Origin: Scyliorhinus canicula
Lineage: Eukaryota
Direction: 5' to 3'
DNA: 64,000 nucleotides
NCBI RefSeq assembly: GCF_902713615.1
Contig: NW_024055820.1
Location: forward strand, 186,001-250,000
Positions 25,954 through 38,027 of this stretch are shown in pieces. The position numbers and the translations under genes were made by a program. The notes under the pieces were generated by a model, which worked only from the letters and a program-made list of their open reading frames with translations, was not told the origin of the DNA and ran no database searches. Position 1 is the first letter of the stretch, and each line of letters opens with the position of its first letter.

Positions 25954-26956
25954 AGTTAACGTCTGTGAAACAGCTTGAAACACGATTGCACGGAAACAAA
26001 GGAAGGTTTCGTAAATATAGAATAGACCTAAATGTATATTAGGGCTTTTTAAATAATTTAACTGATGATTATAGATTAAACTAAACCACGGCTTCATTAA
26101 GAACATAATTCCTTACCGCAATCTCAACCTACTTAATTAACAATTCTTCAAATTGGAAAGTAAAATTAATATAATTTAAACAATTATAAAGCGGTACTAT
26201 AACTCCATATTATCCAAAGATGGTTCCATATAAATATCATTAATCATCAATCGCCTTTAACAATTCTGCTGTGCTCCCCAGACCATTAGCATGACCAGAA
26301 AGGTTTCTAGGCTGGAAATATTTTGTGATTTTACCTGAACTGTTTTAATGATAATATACTGAATCTACAGCAGTGTTCAGTTACCAAGAGATTTTGAATT
26401 TTTTTTTATATCCGTGATTACGTTTGTGGTTACTTAAGTAGGAGTTTTATATTGCAGTTTTGCAATTCATGTATCCAGTTAAATTCTTTCTGTGCATCCG
26501 CAACAGTATTATTCCTTCAATGTCATTTGTAGTTGGATAGTGAGATAATTGTCACTAATCTAATCATAAAGAGTTTTTCTGAGAGGTGGAGGTCGCTGGC
26601 AGTGAAGGAATTGTTCTCATATTTTTATGTGAAACTTAGGAATGCTCCGAATGCACAAGACTGAGGGTTCACAAGTAAAATATTGAAATACAGAGATTAA
26701 TTACAAAAGGCGAATATTAATTTTGCAATAAATAACATCTTGTCTTCCATATAGGTACAGTACACAGTATAGAATCAAAAGAAAAAAGATGTAATAGAAG
26801 AATAGACCGTATCTGAGCCTCATATTTATTTCTTATCAAATATTAAATTGTATGAGAAACTATCTACTCCATTTGCTCATTAGTTGCTGGACTAGTAATC
26901 CAGAAACTGGGGGACCCTTGTTCGAATCCCACCAGGGCAGGTGGTTGAATTTTAAA

Positions 26957-27137
26957 GGGGCTGGTTTAGCTCACCAGGCTAAATTGCTGGCTTTTAAAGC
27001 AGACCAAGCAGGCCAGCAGCACGGTTCGATTCCCGTACCAGCCTCCCCGGACAGGCCCCGGAATGTGGCGACTAGGGGCTTTTCACAGTAACTTCATTGA
27101 AGCCTACTCGTGACAATAAGCGATTTTCATTTTCATT
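26957..27137 (+). mobile_element. SINE (second family), nested in an older SINE
   Basis: ggggctggtttagctcaccaggctaaattg...gcgattttcattttc. Confidence 0.8.
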
Positions 27138-27424
27138 TTTCATTATGTTGCAGTGCTGTAGATGATCTGAATGAATTATTTTCACTATGTCTGACACGTA
27201 TGAATTGGATCTACATTCATACAGTTCTATTTGTATTAATTACATTGCAGGGAATGTCTGAGTTATTAACTCTCAGAAGCACCTTTAATTATTATAAAAT
27301 GCCAGCGACTGTATTTATTTATACATGCGGTTTCGTTTCGAGTTACATCGCTCTTTCACGCCACTCCACACAGTCATGTATATGCACACACACGGAGAGT
27401 TCTCTCGATGTCAGTGGATGGAAA

Positions 27425-27885
27425 GATTGACACATGAGGAGAGATTAAACAGTTTGGGCTAATTCTCGCTGGAGTTTACAAGGATGAAAGGGTATATGAT
27501 CTAGGCGCATCAAATACTAAATGGGACTGATAAAGTAAACGTGGACCAAATGTTTCCCCTTGTGGGAAAAACTGGAACGAGAGGTCACAGGTATAGTTTG
27601 AGAGGCAGTGGATTTAGAACTGAGATGATGAGGAGCACCTTCTTGCAGAGGCTGGTGAATTTCTGGAACTCGCTGCCCCAGAATGCGGTGGATACTAAGT
27701 TATCACATGGTTTCTAGAAGGAGATATATATATTTCTGACGATAAACCGGTTAAAGGGATATGTCCAACAGGTAGGAAGGTAGATTTGTGACCAGGAAGA
27801 GAGCAGCCAGCATCTGATTGAATCACGGAGCAGACTAGAAGGGCTGAATTGCCTACATCTGCTCTTAATTCCTTTGTTCCTACAT
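27425..27885 (+). mobile_element. CR1 LINE 3' fragment
   Basis: gaggagagattaaacagtttggg...gaacgagaggtcacagg...ctggaactcgctgcc...gaagggctgaattgcctac, a CR1 C-terminus/3' UTR pattern. Confidence 0.75.
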
Positions 27886-28899
27886 TGAATGTATTTGAAA
27901 TGCTCACACATAGATTTATAATTTGAATTACCGTCTGAGAATAGATGAAATTTGAGCTTTATCAATACGTTCAGAAATATGCATATTTAACATTTCGTTG
28001 GTTAAAAAAGGGCAGTTGAATTAAAAGCAAACAGATAAAGTACTAATATTTGTACTATAAGTTTAAGTAAAAGTTAAGTATACATGTTGGAATGTTTCCA
28101 TCCAGATTTGAGGGTAGTTGTTTAACATTGCTTAAGATTATAGAACAAAGTTCCAGGCAAGAACAAGTTTAGAATTGTAGAAAATTAATTTTTTATTATT
28201 TTTTATCAAAGAGTGCAAAGCACCTTACAAGCCAAATAATTGCAATAACAGTAACTTGCAATGCAATATTGATACTGACTAATTAACATAAATCGTGTGT
28301 GACAATTCAGTTGTATATTGGAGCGCAATATATCAAAGCTTTTGGAGAATTTTAAATTGTATCGAAAATGAATTTAGAAAACAATGCATTCCTTTATTCC
28401 GGTGATTCACCCCAATTTTCTTGTCGATTACATTTAATTGAGGCATTGGATAAATCAGGGGTAATCGGTTTTTAATGAATGTATTCGCTGGTCTGTTTAA
28501 TTCTTCCCTGGTCACTGAATCTCTGTTAACTATGCTCAATCTGTTATATTTGATATGCTTATTTTCAGCGAAATTATATTTTGGACATTTTTCGCAACAT
28601 TGATAACTAATATCAATTAATTTCAAATAAGTTATATAATAATTTGACTATTAATCAATTAGATTTAAAGAGTTTCAATGAAGTTGGTAGATTGGACAAA
28701 TCTATCTGCTGCGAACTCGGTTGTTGCACCGTTTGTGTCTGTTCAGTTTCTGTGCGCAAGGTCATTGTGTTGGCACCAGGAATCTTCCTGATCGATGTAA
28801 ACCTGCTGCTTCCTTCTCTTGTGTTTCAGAGTGGATTTTGATTTTTTTTCTTTAAAAGACTTGTATCTATGTGGAATGTGAAAATTTGGCTGGGTGCAG

Positions 28900-30135
28900 C
28901 GGAGATTTCTCTCACACATCCACGCACAAACACATTCTCAAATACACACAGGCTCGCTCTCTTTCCCTTTCAGACACGCACACCCACACACTCTTTGACG
29001 AAAAGTTTCCCACTCTCATACACTCGCATATACATACATGCTCTCGTTTTCCCACTCTCATACACTCGCATATACATACATGCTCTCGCTTTCCCATACA
29101 CTCTCACACAGCCAGACAAACGCGCACCTCAAAAACTCTCTCTCACACACAACTTCACTCATTCACCTACCCTCATTCACTCAACTTCACTTAGTCCTGC
29201 ACCCCTCTCTCACTCACTGATCCTTAATTACTCACTCAATCTCATTCACTTACCCGCACTCAATCAATTTAGCTCCCCACTCTGACTCACTCACCTACGC
29301 TCACTCAACATTACCCACCCACAGTAAACGCACCCGCACTAACTCACCCTCATTTACCCATCCTCGCTCATCCACGCTCACTCACTCATCCTTACATACC
29401 CACACTCACCCTATCACCCTCACTTGCGAACATTCTCTCAGTCATCCTCTTTCTCCCCAATCTCACATTTTCCCTCAATCGCCCACCCTAGATCACTCAG
29501 ACTCACATACCTTACTCATACACGCTGACTTATTTGGGCATGCTCATTCGTCCACCCTAATTCACGCACCCTCACTCATTCTCCCACCCTTACACACCCA
29601 GCCCACTCGGGGACCGTCATTTGCTCTCACTCATTCATTCAACCTCACTCACACACGCACCCTTCCTACACTCACTGAGGCTTACTCATTCTCACTCATC
29701 CACAGTAAACCACACTCATTAACTCATCGACGATCACTCACTCACCCAACATAATTCACTCACCCACACGCACCAACCCTCACTCACTCACGTTCACTGA
29801 CATCCTGTCGATTTCTCTTCGTCACGCATCCACCCTCACTCATGCACTTATCTTACTGGTCAAGCCTCACTCAACCACACACAGGCACCCTAACGCGCAC
29901 CCACTCTCACAGCCCCAAGCCTCTCGCTCACTCACCCTTAATCACCCATCGTCACCTATACACCTCACCTTCAACTCACTCACCGATCCACCCTCACTCA
30001 TCCACACTCAGTCACCCATTTTCACGCATACACATTCAGACCTACCCACTTCTTTATCACACACCGTCAATCACACCGCCTGCTCGCTCACCCTCACCAA
30101 TTTACTCACTTGCCCTCTCGCACTCCCACTCACCA
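28900..30135. repeat. CA/CT-rich (CACT)n-like low-complexity tract
   Basis: Directly visible composition. Confidence 0.8.
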
Positions 30136-31307
30136 AATGGGCGGGAGGGGAGCTGCAACGTGAGTGGAAGAGAGAACCTGTGCAAAACCTGAGTACGAGT
30201 GGCACCAGGATCCGGGTGCCTGGAAAGGCAGTAGCGCCAGAGTCGCAGGCTGATGAAGCGGGGGAAAGTGTAGACAGGATGACCGAGAGCCATGCATATA
30301 ATCCGTAGAACGGACAGAGAGCTTCGGGGAAGCACGGGAAGCCTCTATAAAGGAGAGATCTGAGAAACAGCAATGAACCTGGTAAAATGTGTAGAGAGCC
30401 GAGCGCAGAGAGTGGAGAGAAAGGGTAGGGAGCCTGAGGAAAACGCCGATTGCTGGGCAAGTGCCAAGAATCAGGGGAAAGTGCAAAGAGCCAGTGGAGA
30501 GTTCCGGGAGACGACACAAAGAGCAATGGACCGGTTGAAGTGCAGAGCAGCTATACAGATTACAGAGAGGCGATGGAAGGTTCAGAGAGCTCGGAAAAGC
30601 ACAGAGAGCCAGGAAAAGGCCAGGATCCTCGTGGCAAGGATAGAGAGCTGATGGAATGTGGAAGCAACACCACAATCTGCTGCGCCATGATCTTATTGAA
30701 TGGCACAGGAGAACTGAGGGACCGAATGCCCCAATCCTGCTCTTAACGTGCATGATCCCATGATTTGAAAATATTGGAGTTACTTGAACCTTTACTCAAC
30801 TGTAGAGTTTTATGGTAATTCTGCCTTTGGGAGGTATTTCTAAAGCAAATTCCCCATTCTTTGTTTCGGGGACTGGGGTAGTGAGTTGGGGAGGGGAGGT
30901 GGCATCAGTTAGTTTGAACATAGGCAATTTCAAAATATGTAATTATATAAAAGGGAAATTTTGCTTTACCACAAAGTGCTGTTGATTGAGAAATAAATTG
31001 TAATAGAAATAATTGGGAGATCATCTTCCCTTCTATTTTAATGTAATGAATGGGGCACCATTGAGGTGACATCAAAATATTAATTTTCTCTAATGTGACA
31101 GCGATAGAACAAGAGCTGTGAGTTTTTAAAGAGGGAATAGACAGATGGTGACTCTCAAATGATAGAATTAATAGAAACTAAAATGTTGATGCAGGTTTTA
31201 ATGGGGAAAATAGGATAACTTTTTAACTGTATCCAAATTATGACTTGTGAGATATCTTAAACACACATAATCGAGTCTAACTTGTTGAGTCGACCATTCT
31301 TTCCCAG

Positions 31308-31607
31308 GGACACCGTCTCCGCCCACTCTTTACAGCCTGGTCTCCTCCTGTCAGCAACAGAATACCGACGGCTCCGTGACCTACGGCTGTTTGGCGATGG
31401 ACTACTCCCCAGAAATCACCAGTCTCACCTGGAAGAAAGATGGGCAGCCGATCACTACTGGAGTTAAGAAATACCCGTCAGTGAGAAACAATAAGGGAAC
31501 CTACACCCTGAGCAGCCAGTTAACCATCACCGAGTCAGAGGGGGGATGCAGCAAAATCAGCTGTGAGGTTCGACACAGCGGCTCAGACAAGAGCATTGGC
31601 ATGACAT
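31308..31607 (+). CDS. IGHM: IgM Cmu1 exon
   Basis: ttcccag| acceptor, 300 nt, phase 1-1: [15 protein letters not shown]...[10 protein letters not shown]...TWKK...YPSV...[10 protein letters not shown]...ISCEVRH; T|GTAAGT donor; resembles shark Cmu1. Confidence 0.92.
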
Positions 31608-31819
31608 GTAAGTGTTGTAGAAACTGTGAGAAATAGAAAACCTGTAATTTCCTTGTATAGGCTGCTGGATATAACTCATTTGTAATACTCTGCATAGTCC
31701 TTACCCCTGGGAAATCCAGGTTTATGCCTATTGACCGCAAAATACCTGTTAAACTATGAGGTCCTTTCATGTATTCTCAATTTCTTCTGTAAGAAATGTT
31801 TAACACATGTTTCTTGAAG

Positions 31820-32160
31820 GCCCTCCACCTGTCAACACTCCAAATGTTCTCCTCACCGTTACTTCCAGTGAAGAAATCACAAGAAGGAAATTTGCAACTA
31901 TGGTCTGTTCAATCGTCGATTTCCATCCAATATCAATGGCGGTGAAGTGGCTGAAGAATGGACAACCCATGACTTCAGGAATTATCACCTCTCCCGCCTG
32001 TGAACAGAATGGGAACTTCTCGGCGAGCAGTCGGCTGACAGTCTCCGCTGGGGAATGGTTCAGCAGAGCGATATATACCTGCCAGGTCACTCATCAAGAG
32101 GTCACCCAAAGTCAAAGGATCGCCGCGCCTGGTAAGAGACGCAAACAGAGGAAACAATAA
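31820..32160 (+). CDS. IGHM: IgM Cmu2 exon (donor after 32131) plus read-through tail GKRRKQRKQ*
   Basis: tttcttgaag| acceptor; [22 protein letters not shown]...WLKNG...SPAC...YTCQVTH; G|GTAAG at 32131/32132; unspliced frame ends TAA at 32158-60. Confidence 0.9.
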
Positions 32161-32759
32161 ATCATCCTGCACTATGATGTTAATCAAAATCAGGAATTAC
32201 TGAAGTTAGTACAAAGCACAGAACAACTTCTAATTTACTGACATGTAGTTTGTGTTTCATTCTGATGTAAAAGCTGCATTAGGATTGATCACCATTCAGA
32301 ATGTTATCAGAAATGCAAATAATATTTCCTCTACTTATGAGTAATTTTGTGAGTGAGGTGGACTTGATATAAGCTTTACCCTGAGACAGATGATTATATT
32401 TGAGAGGCAGTGGGTGTCTGGAACGTTTTACTGATAACAGCTCCGGGGAAAAGTGTTGGAAAGTACATCCACCCTCTTTAAAAATCACCCCTCATTACTA
32501 AATTTATGAGATCAGGAATGGAATATTTGCATTAGGAATGTGGCAATGCACAATTGTTAGAATGAGGCCGGGACTGAACGACTTTAACAATGAGAGTAAT
32601 TTTCACTCACTCAGCAGGTTTTCCATTGTGTAGAGAAGATTAAAGGTGACCTTTAGAGGTTGATATTTCGAAGTTGATTTATTCCCATCTCGAAAGTAAT
32701 CTGAATGCTGCTGCCGGAATTTTGAAGGTGAAACTTGGGATGATTTTCATTTATTCATT

Positions 32760-33576
32760 CATGTCTTGCAGAGATTACCCTGGCAGGGTTTTGTGGTGTT
32801 GTGGTTGCTGCAACCACAACACCACAACAGCAACCACAACACCACAAAACCCTGCCAGGGTAATCTCTGCAAGACATGCCAGATCATCGACATGGACACC
32901 ACCATTACACGTGGAAACACCACCCACCAGGTACGCGGCGCATACTCGTGCGACTCGACCAATGTAGTCTACCTCATACGCTGCAGGAAAGGATGTCCCG
33001 AAGCGTGGTACATTGGCGAGACCATGCAGACACTGCGACAACGAATAAACGGGCATCGTGCGACTATCAACAGGCAGGACTGTTCCCTTCCAGTTGGGGA
33101 ACACTTCAGCAGTCAAGGACATTCAGACTCTGATCTCCGGGTCAGCATTCTACAAGGAGGCCTTCAGGAGACGCGACAACGCAAAATTGCTGAGCAAAAA
33201 CTTATAGCTAAGTTCCGCACGCATGAATGCGGACTCAACCGGGATCTGGGATTCATGTCGCATTACATTCGGCCCCCACCAACAAGCCTGGACTTGCAGA
33301 GGCCTACCGACTGAACTGGCTTGGGACAATTCACACCTCTTTAACCTGGAGTTACCTCTCTCTCTGCATCTTTGATGATTTGATTGCCTGCAGGTGCTCG
33401 CATTCCGGGGCATCTCTGACTGTGTCTATATAAACATTTCTGGAACAAGCCTTTCCATTCACCTGAAGAAGGAGCCGTGCTCCGAAAGCTCGTGTTTGAA
33501 ACAAACCTGTTGGACTTTAACCTGGTGTAAGACTTCTTACTGTGCTCACCCCAGTCCAACGCCGGCATCTCCACAT
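32760..33576 (+). mobile_element. 5'-truncated Penelope-like retroelement with 5' inversion
   Basis: GIY-YIG domain NVVYLIRC...WYIGETMQTLRQRINGHR; 51-bp inverted repeat at the 5' end; terminal repeat ending ccagtccaacgccggcatctccacat. Confidence 0.9.
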
Positions 33577-34251
33577 CATCGATATTAGAACAGATACAGA
33601 CACGTATAAATATGTACAGATCACTGTTGGGAATGCTGTTCAAACGCATGGATCGGTTCCGTGCCTCTTATTTCATTTGTTGTTAACTTCACAGACAGAG
33701 TGTGGGAGGGATTGGGAAAGATGAAGCAAGGATGCAAAAAATCCATCAGTCAGCTTAAGGAAGAAGTGGATAAACATATGACCCGTAAATAGGAACTTTT
33801 AAATAATGAAATGTATGGAAACAAACAGTGGATATTTTTTTTCAGCGAGATAGTACGGAAGTAATGGACCGAATTCCCTCTCTTTGGACTGTGAAACACT
33901 ATGATTTTAGATAAAAAATGGCCCTGTTCAGTTAGAAACACAACAGAGCACTGACTATATGAATCATGCCAACCTGCTGTTACACACAGGAAGCAGAGAG
34001 GTTGGGGATCAGTGACGGTTCAAGTGGTCTATGAATTGAGAAACAACCAATCGCTCAATGGCACCATGTGTAACGTCAAATAAAGACATCCAATAATAGT
34101 CCAATCGGTGAGGATCAGTCTCACATTCAGGGGGAGAATGTAAAGCTCTCTCCTCTCCTCACCCGCACAACATTGAATCCCGGACTCGGCAGCAAGTCCC
34201 AGCCTGGAAATCAGATCCGGATTGATCCGCCTTTTGCCCACTTTCATCATC

Positions 34252-34312
34252 ATGACCAGAAACCCCAGGAAAGAGCTGTTTCCAGCTGGGGCGCTGATGC
34301 TGCTGATATTGG
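34252..34312 (+). CDS. TCR alpha/delta-type V segment A, leader exon
   Basis: MTRNPRKELFPAGALMLLIL, 61 nt, G|GTGAGT. Confidence 0.8.
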
Positions 34313-34394
34313 GTGAGTTTATTTTCTTATCTGATGCATTTTTTAAAACAAACTCATAGTACCGCGTGGTTATGATGATTTTATTTGTTCCCAG

Positions 34395-34676
34395 CTGTTC
34401 AGTGTGAGGATCAGAGCTCCCACCCTGAGCAGGTGGTGTCCCGGGAAGGGGATCGGGCTGAACTGAACTGTCGGATCTCCATTGGTACAGGCGATGCCGT
34501 AGCCTGGTACAGACAGGCACCGACAGAGGCTCCCACATTTATCGCCACCATTTACCAGGGGACTGAGACCAAAGGACGCTACACCCTGTCCTTTGAGAGA
34601 AAAAAGAAGTCCAATACCATCTGTATAGATGTCAGCGCGGTCCAGGACTCCGGAATGTATCTCTGTGCGAAGCAGA
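34395..34676 (+). CDS. TCR alpha/delta-type V segment A, V exon (open)
   Basis: ttcccag| acceptor; AELNC...AWYRQ...DSGMYLCAKQ, followed by RSS. Confidence 0.85.
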
Positions 34677-34715
34677 CACAGTGAGACACAGAGCGGATTC
34701 GGCTGTAGAATATCT
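34677..34715 (+). other. 23-RSS
   Basis: CACAGTG + 23 nt + AGAATATCT (weak nonamer). Confidence 0.8.
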
Positions 34716-35147
34716 TGTTCACTGCCGGGTTTCCGTTGCCCCGTTTACATTTGCACAAACCAGAACCTTTAGAAATGCCGATGATTATCAGAATGATTAC
34801 TTTCCCATATTTAAACCTCCACCTGGATAGAGTTACAATATCCATCTGCTTTATTACAGATGCAGAATGTCGTAACATTTTATTTGTTTTGTTAGTTCCA
34901 CAGAGGCAGGCGGAACAATTAACTTTCTCAGATGCCAGGTAGACAGATATGGGAGAGAAAGTTAGATAAACAAATATGTAGCTAGACAGATTGTCAGTAG
35001 GTGGATAGATGGACGGACAGACAGGCGGGCAGGCGGATATATATGTAGATACACAGATAGATTAGTTTATTCTGCCTATGTACTCAAACACTTTAGTTAA
35101 TTGACCCTGTATGTGTCATAACGTTAATGTTATTCTTGTTTTAACAG

Positions 35148-35466
35148 CTGTTCCTTGTCACTTGGGGATATTTCAGATATGGATGTATCGGGAACACAAA
35201 GACAGACCATCTCGCTTCATCACAATATTACTCTCACTACAAATGACTGTGTATTCTGGTACCGGCAGTTCTCCAATAAGGCTACCCAGAATCTGGTCTC
35301 CACATTCAGAGATGAAAGAATTGAGGGAAGGTTTAAAGTATCTGTGGACAGTGAGAAAAGTTCCATCACTCTCAGTGTTAACACGGTTGGGTTGTCAGAC
35401 GCTGCAGTGTATTACAGTACAGTGTGGCGCTGTGAAACAAAGAGATGAGGAGCCTGTACAATAACT
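35148..35466 (+). pseudogene. TCR V pseudogene with 23-RSS
   Basis: Acceptor ttttaacag|; early frameshift; FWYRQ kept but both Ig cysteines lost (LHH, YYS); RSS CGCTGTG-23-ACAATAACT at 35428-35466; no intact leader found. Confidence 0.8.
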
Positions 35467-37469
35467 CACTCAACATGAGGACTGTGAAGACAACCAGCCC
35501 GTGTGCAGTGGAAATGAGAGTGAGCCAAACAAAATGTATAAACAAATGTTTTTCATCCGTGTGATTTATTGGAATTAAAAATCTGTGTTATTTCCAATGA
35601 TATAACTAACAGATTAACCCACAGAACAATATCAATCACTTTTTGATACAATAGCTAATTTACATTATTTTGCATCTTTGTTTGATGTTTAGCGAGCTTT
35701 CAAGACTTCCATTCTTTCAAAATGAACGTCCAAACTTATCAATTGTTTTATGAATTTTTTCAGTTCATCTATTTATGCAAATGAACACGGGCTTTGTCAA
35801 TAAGGAAGGCACGCCAGAAAACTGAGACAAGTGGTCTGGGTCAATATTAAATAAAAAATATAGCAAAAGAAAAACAACGAAAGAGGCATCAAATGCAGCA
35901 ACTATAACACCGAAGCAGTAAAAGCACTTCTATGATAATAATCCACCAATATACTGCAGCAATATTCGGGGATACATTGAGAATCGATGTTTCACAGACA
36001 GAATTCCGCTAGTTAACGTTGCGAGATCTTCTCTTTGGTTTAAGCCTCACGAGCTGTCAGTTAGTTCACCGCTGTTACAGGTGGCAGCTGGGATTACAGG
36101 AAATATCTGTGACGCTTCACCACAACCACGTTTCGGGCAAGAATAAAAATGTGAATTACGGATTCTCAGGCACTGAAGCACGTCTTCTGGGCCGGAAGTT
36201 CTGCGTTTCAATACCACTCCAGGGCTTTATGGCTGCAGAAGGTGTGCTCTTTGCCTGGCCACACACGATGATTATCTGTTTGCGAGTTCTTCCAATATGA
36301 CTAATGATAGGTGGTAAGAGCTGGAGAGTTTCCTGGTCAGCCATGCTGCAAGAGGCAATGGAATAATCATGGGCCAATCTGAGGGAGGTCCCGGGTCAAC
36401 CAGCGCCACCTGAGGTCTGGTACCTGGAGGATGCTTAGGATGGCACAGGAAACTGGGAGTGAACTCTGTCCATCATTGTAGTCCAAAGTCACTGGGTAGT
36501 CTGAATGGGACGACACATGTTACTGACCAATATAGATCCTCAATTTATCGTAAAGAGAGAGATAAAGAGCGAGAAACAGGAAAAGGGCGTCCATCGTTCC
36601 ATTACAAAATGTTCTGGTTGCTATTTGCCACGAGTTCAAATTATCGGGAAAATAAGGGGTTCACTTTGGCAATAAGGAAAGCCCTTTACGCAAGAATCGG
36701 AATGACAACTCTTACTGACATAGAATTAAACATTTCCACCGTCCTCTATGTTCAGCATGATTTCGAATCACAGCAGTGAATACACTGAAAATGCGCTTCC
36801 TGTGGTTGCAGGGTTCTACAGACATCCGGAGTCTATAAATTTTCCTTTTGTCTCTTTTCATTTGATATTTGGTTATTGTGGTTAAATTCATCGTCCACCT
36901 GTTTCTGCTGAGATCAGTAAAGTGTATTTTATAATTTCCTTTTCTTTAATTGAATCTATGTTTCCCGGATTGCTTTGATGGTTTGTGGCCTGCTCCTGCG
37001 ATTTCCCGAATTCGCACAAACTCTGTTTTAAGATTCATTCCGCTTAACAGGAACCCGGCAGCCTGTCAGCAACAAGAATCCGGGATCTTACTGAGGAGCC
37101 CCTGATGGAAACCTGCCTGGTGTTCAGGGAGAGCGAGTGGCCGCACGCCCGGTGGGGCTGCCCACCTACCTGTCAGACATTAGTCGGACTCGATAAAAGC
37201 TTGTAATTAGCTAGCTGCACATCTCACGCTTCTCATTATAAAGATAAAGGTATCAAAGAATTACCAGCACATGTGCTTAGCTGCAAACTCCATTTGTCAG
37301 GCGACGCTCTGTCGTTAGCCCCCTCGTCTCTGAATCAAAAGCCGCAGGCCTCTGCTCCCTGTACAGAGACGTGAGCCCAATGATCTATGCTGGTGCCTTT
37401 GTGCAGTTTTCAGGTAGCGGTGCATCGCTCTCGGATTAGATGTTCAATCGAGGGTGCTGTCTTTCCTGA

Positions 37470-37595
37470 CAGGAAGGAGGAAGGAGCAGTGCTCCGAACG
37501 ATAGTGTTTGAAACAAACCTGTTGGACTTTAACCTGGTGTTGTAAGATTTCTTCCTGTGCTCACCCCAGTCCAACGCCGGCATCTCCACATCATG
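37470..37595 (+). mobile_element. Penelope terminal-repeat fragment
   Basis: Homologous to 33460-33576; another fragment lies at ~62150-62225. Confidence 0.7.
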
Positions 37596-37988
37596 GCTTT
37601 CCTCTAAGATGAACGTGGTGGATCACAAGGCAATATTTTCCAAGAGCAAGGACGTTGTCCAGGTCAATCACGTCCCTGAAACAGGCAGCTCATTAAACCC
37701 CACTGTTTGAAATTATCTACTCGGCCATAATCGGCTGATGAGTTTTCTGAATTTCTTCGTCACAGTGACGGTATCGCATCTTGGGACGTAAATAAAAGCG
37801 CCATCCAAATATTACATTTCCACTCACTAAACTATCTGCATTAAAATGTTTTAATACTTTATGTGTTAGGAGCAAAGTTACATGTTCGAATTAGAAGCAT
37901 GGATATCGCTAAGATTTCAGGAACCAATTCAGACTCACCGCTGATCTCAGTGTGTGCCTAACGCTGTTATGCGGAGTGACACTTTGAT

Positions 37989-38027
37989 AGTTATTGTACT
38001 GGTTCAGCCCAGCTCTGTGTCTCTGTG
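37989..38027 (-). other. 23-RSS
   Basis: CACAGAG + 23 nt + ACAATAACT on the minus strand. Confidence 0.85.

Noticed and set aside
27200-27256. Leader-like peptide MNWIYIHTVLFVLITLQG in the J-C intron
   Set aside because: No phase-1 GT donor after it and no V exon downstream; probably chance hydrophobicity in AT-rich DNA.
30071-30760. Overlapping ORFs in a purine-rich stretch before Cmu1
   Set aside because: Biased composition ending in a CR1-like tail; no Ig or other domain motifs and no convincing splice structure.
32132-34250. Search for Cmu3, Cmu4, secretory or TM exons
   Set aside because: No Ig C1-set motifs recognised; only intron-like DNA, a Penelope element and the V-A upstream region.
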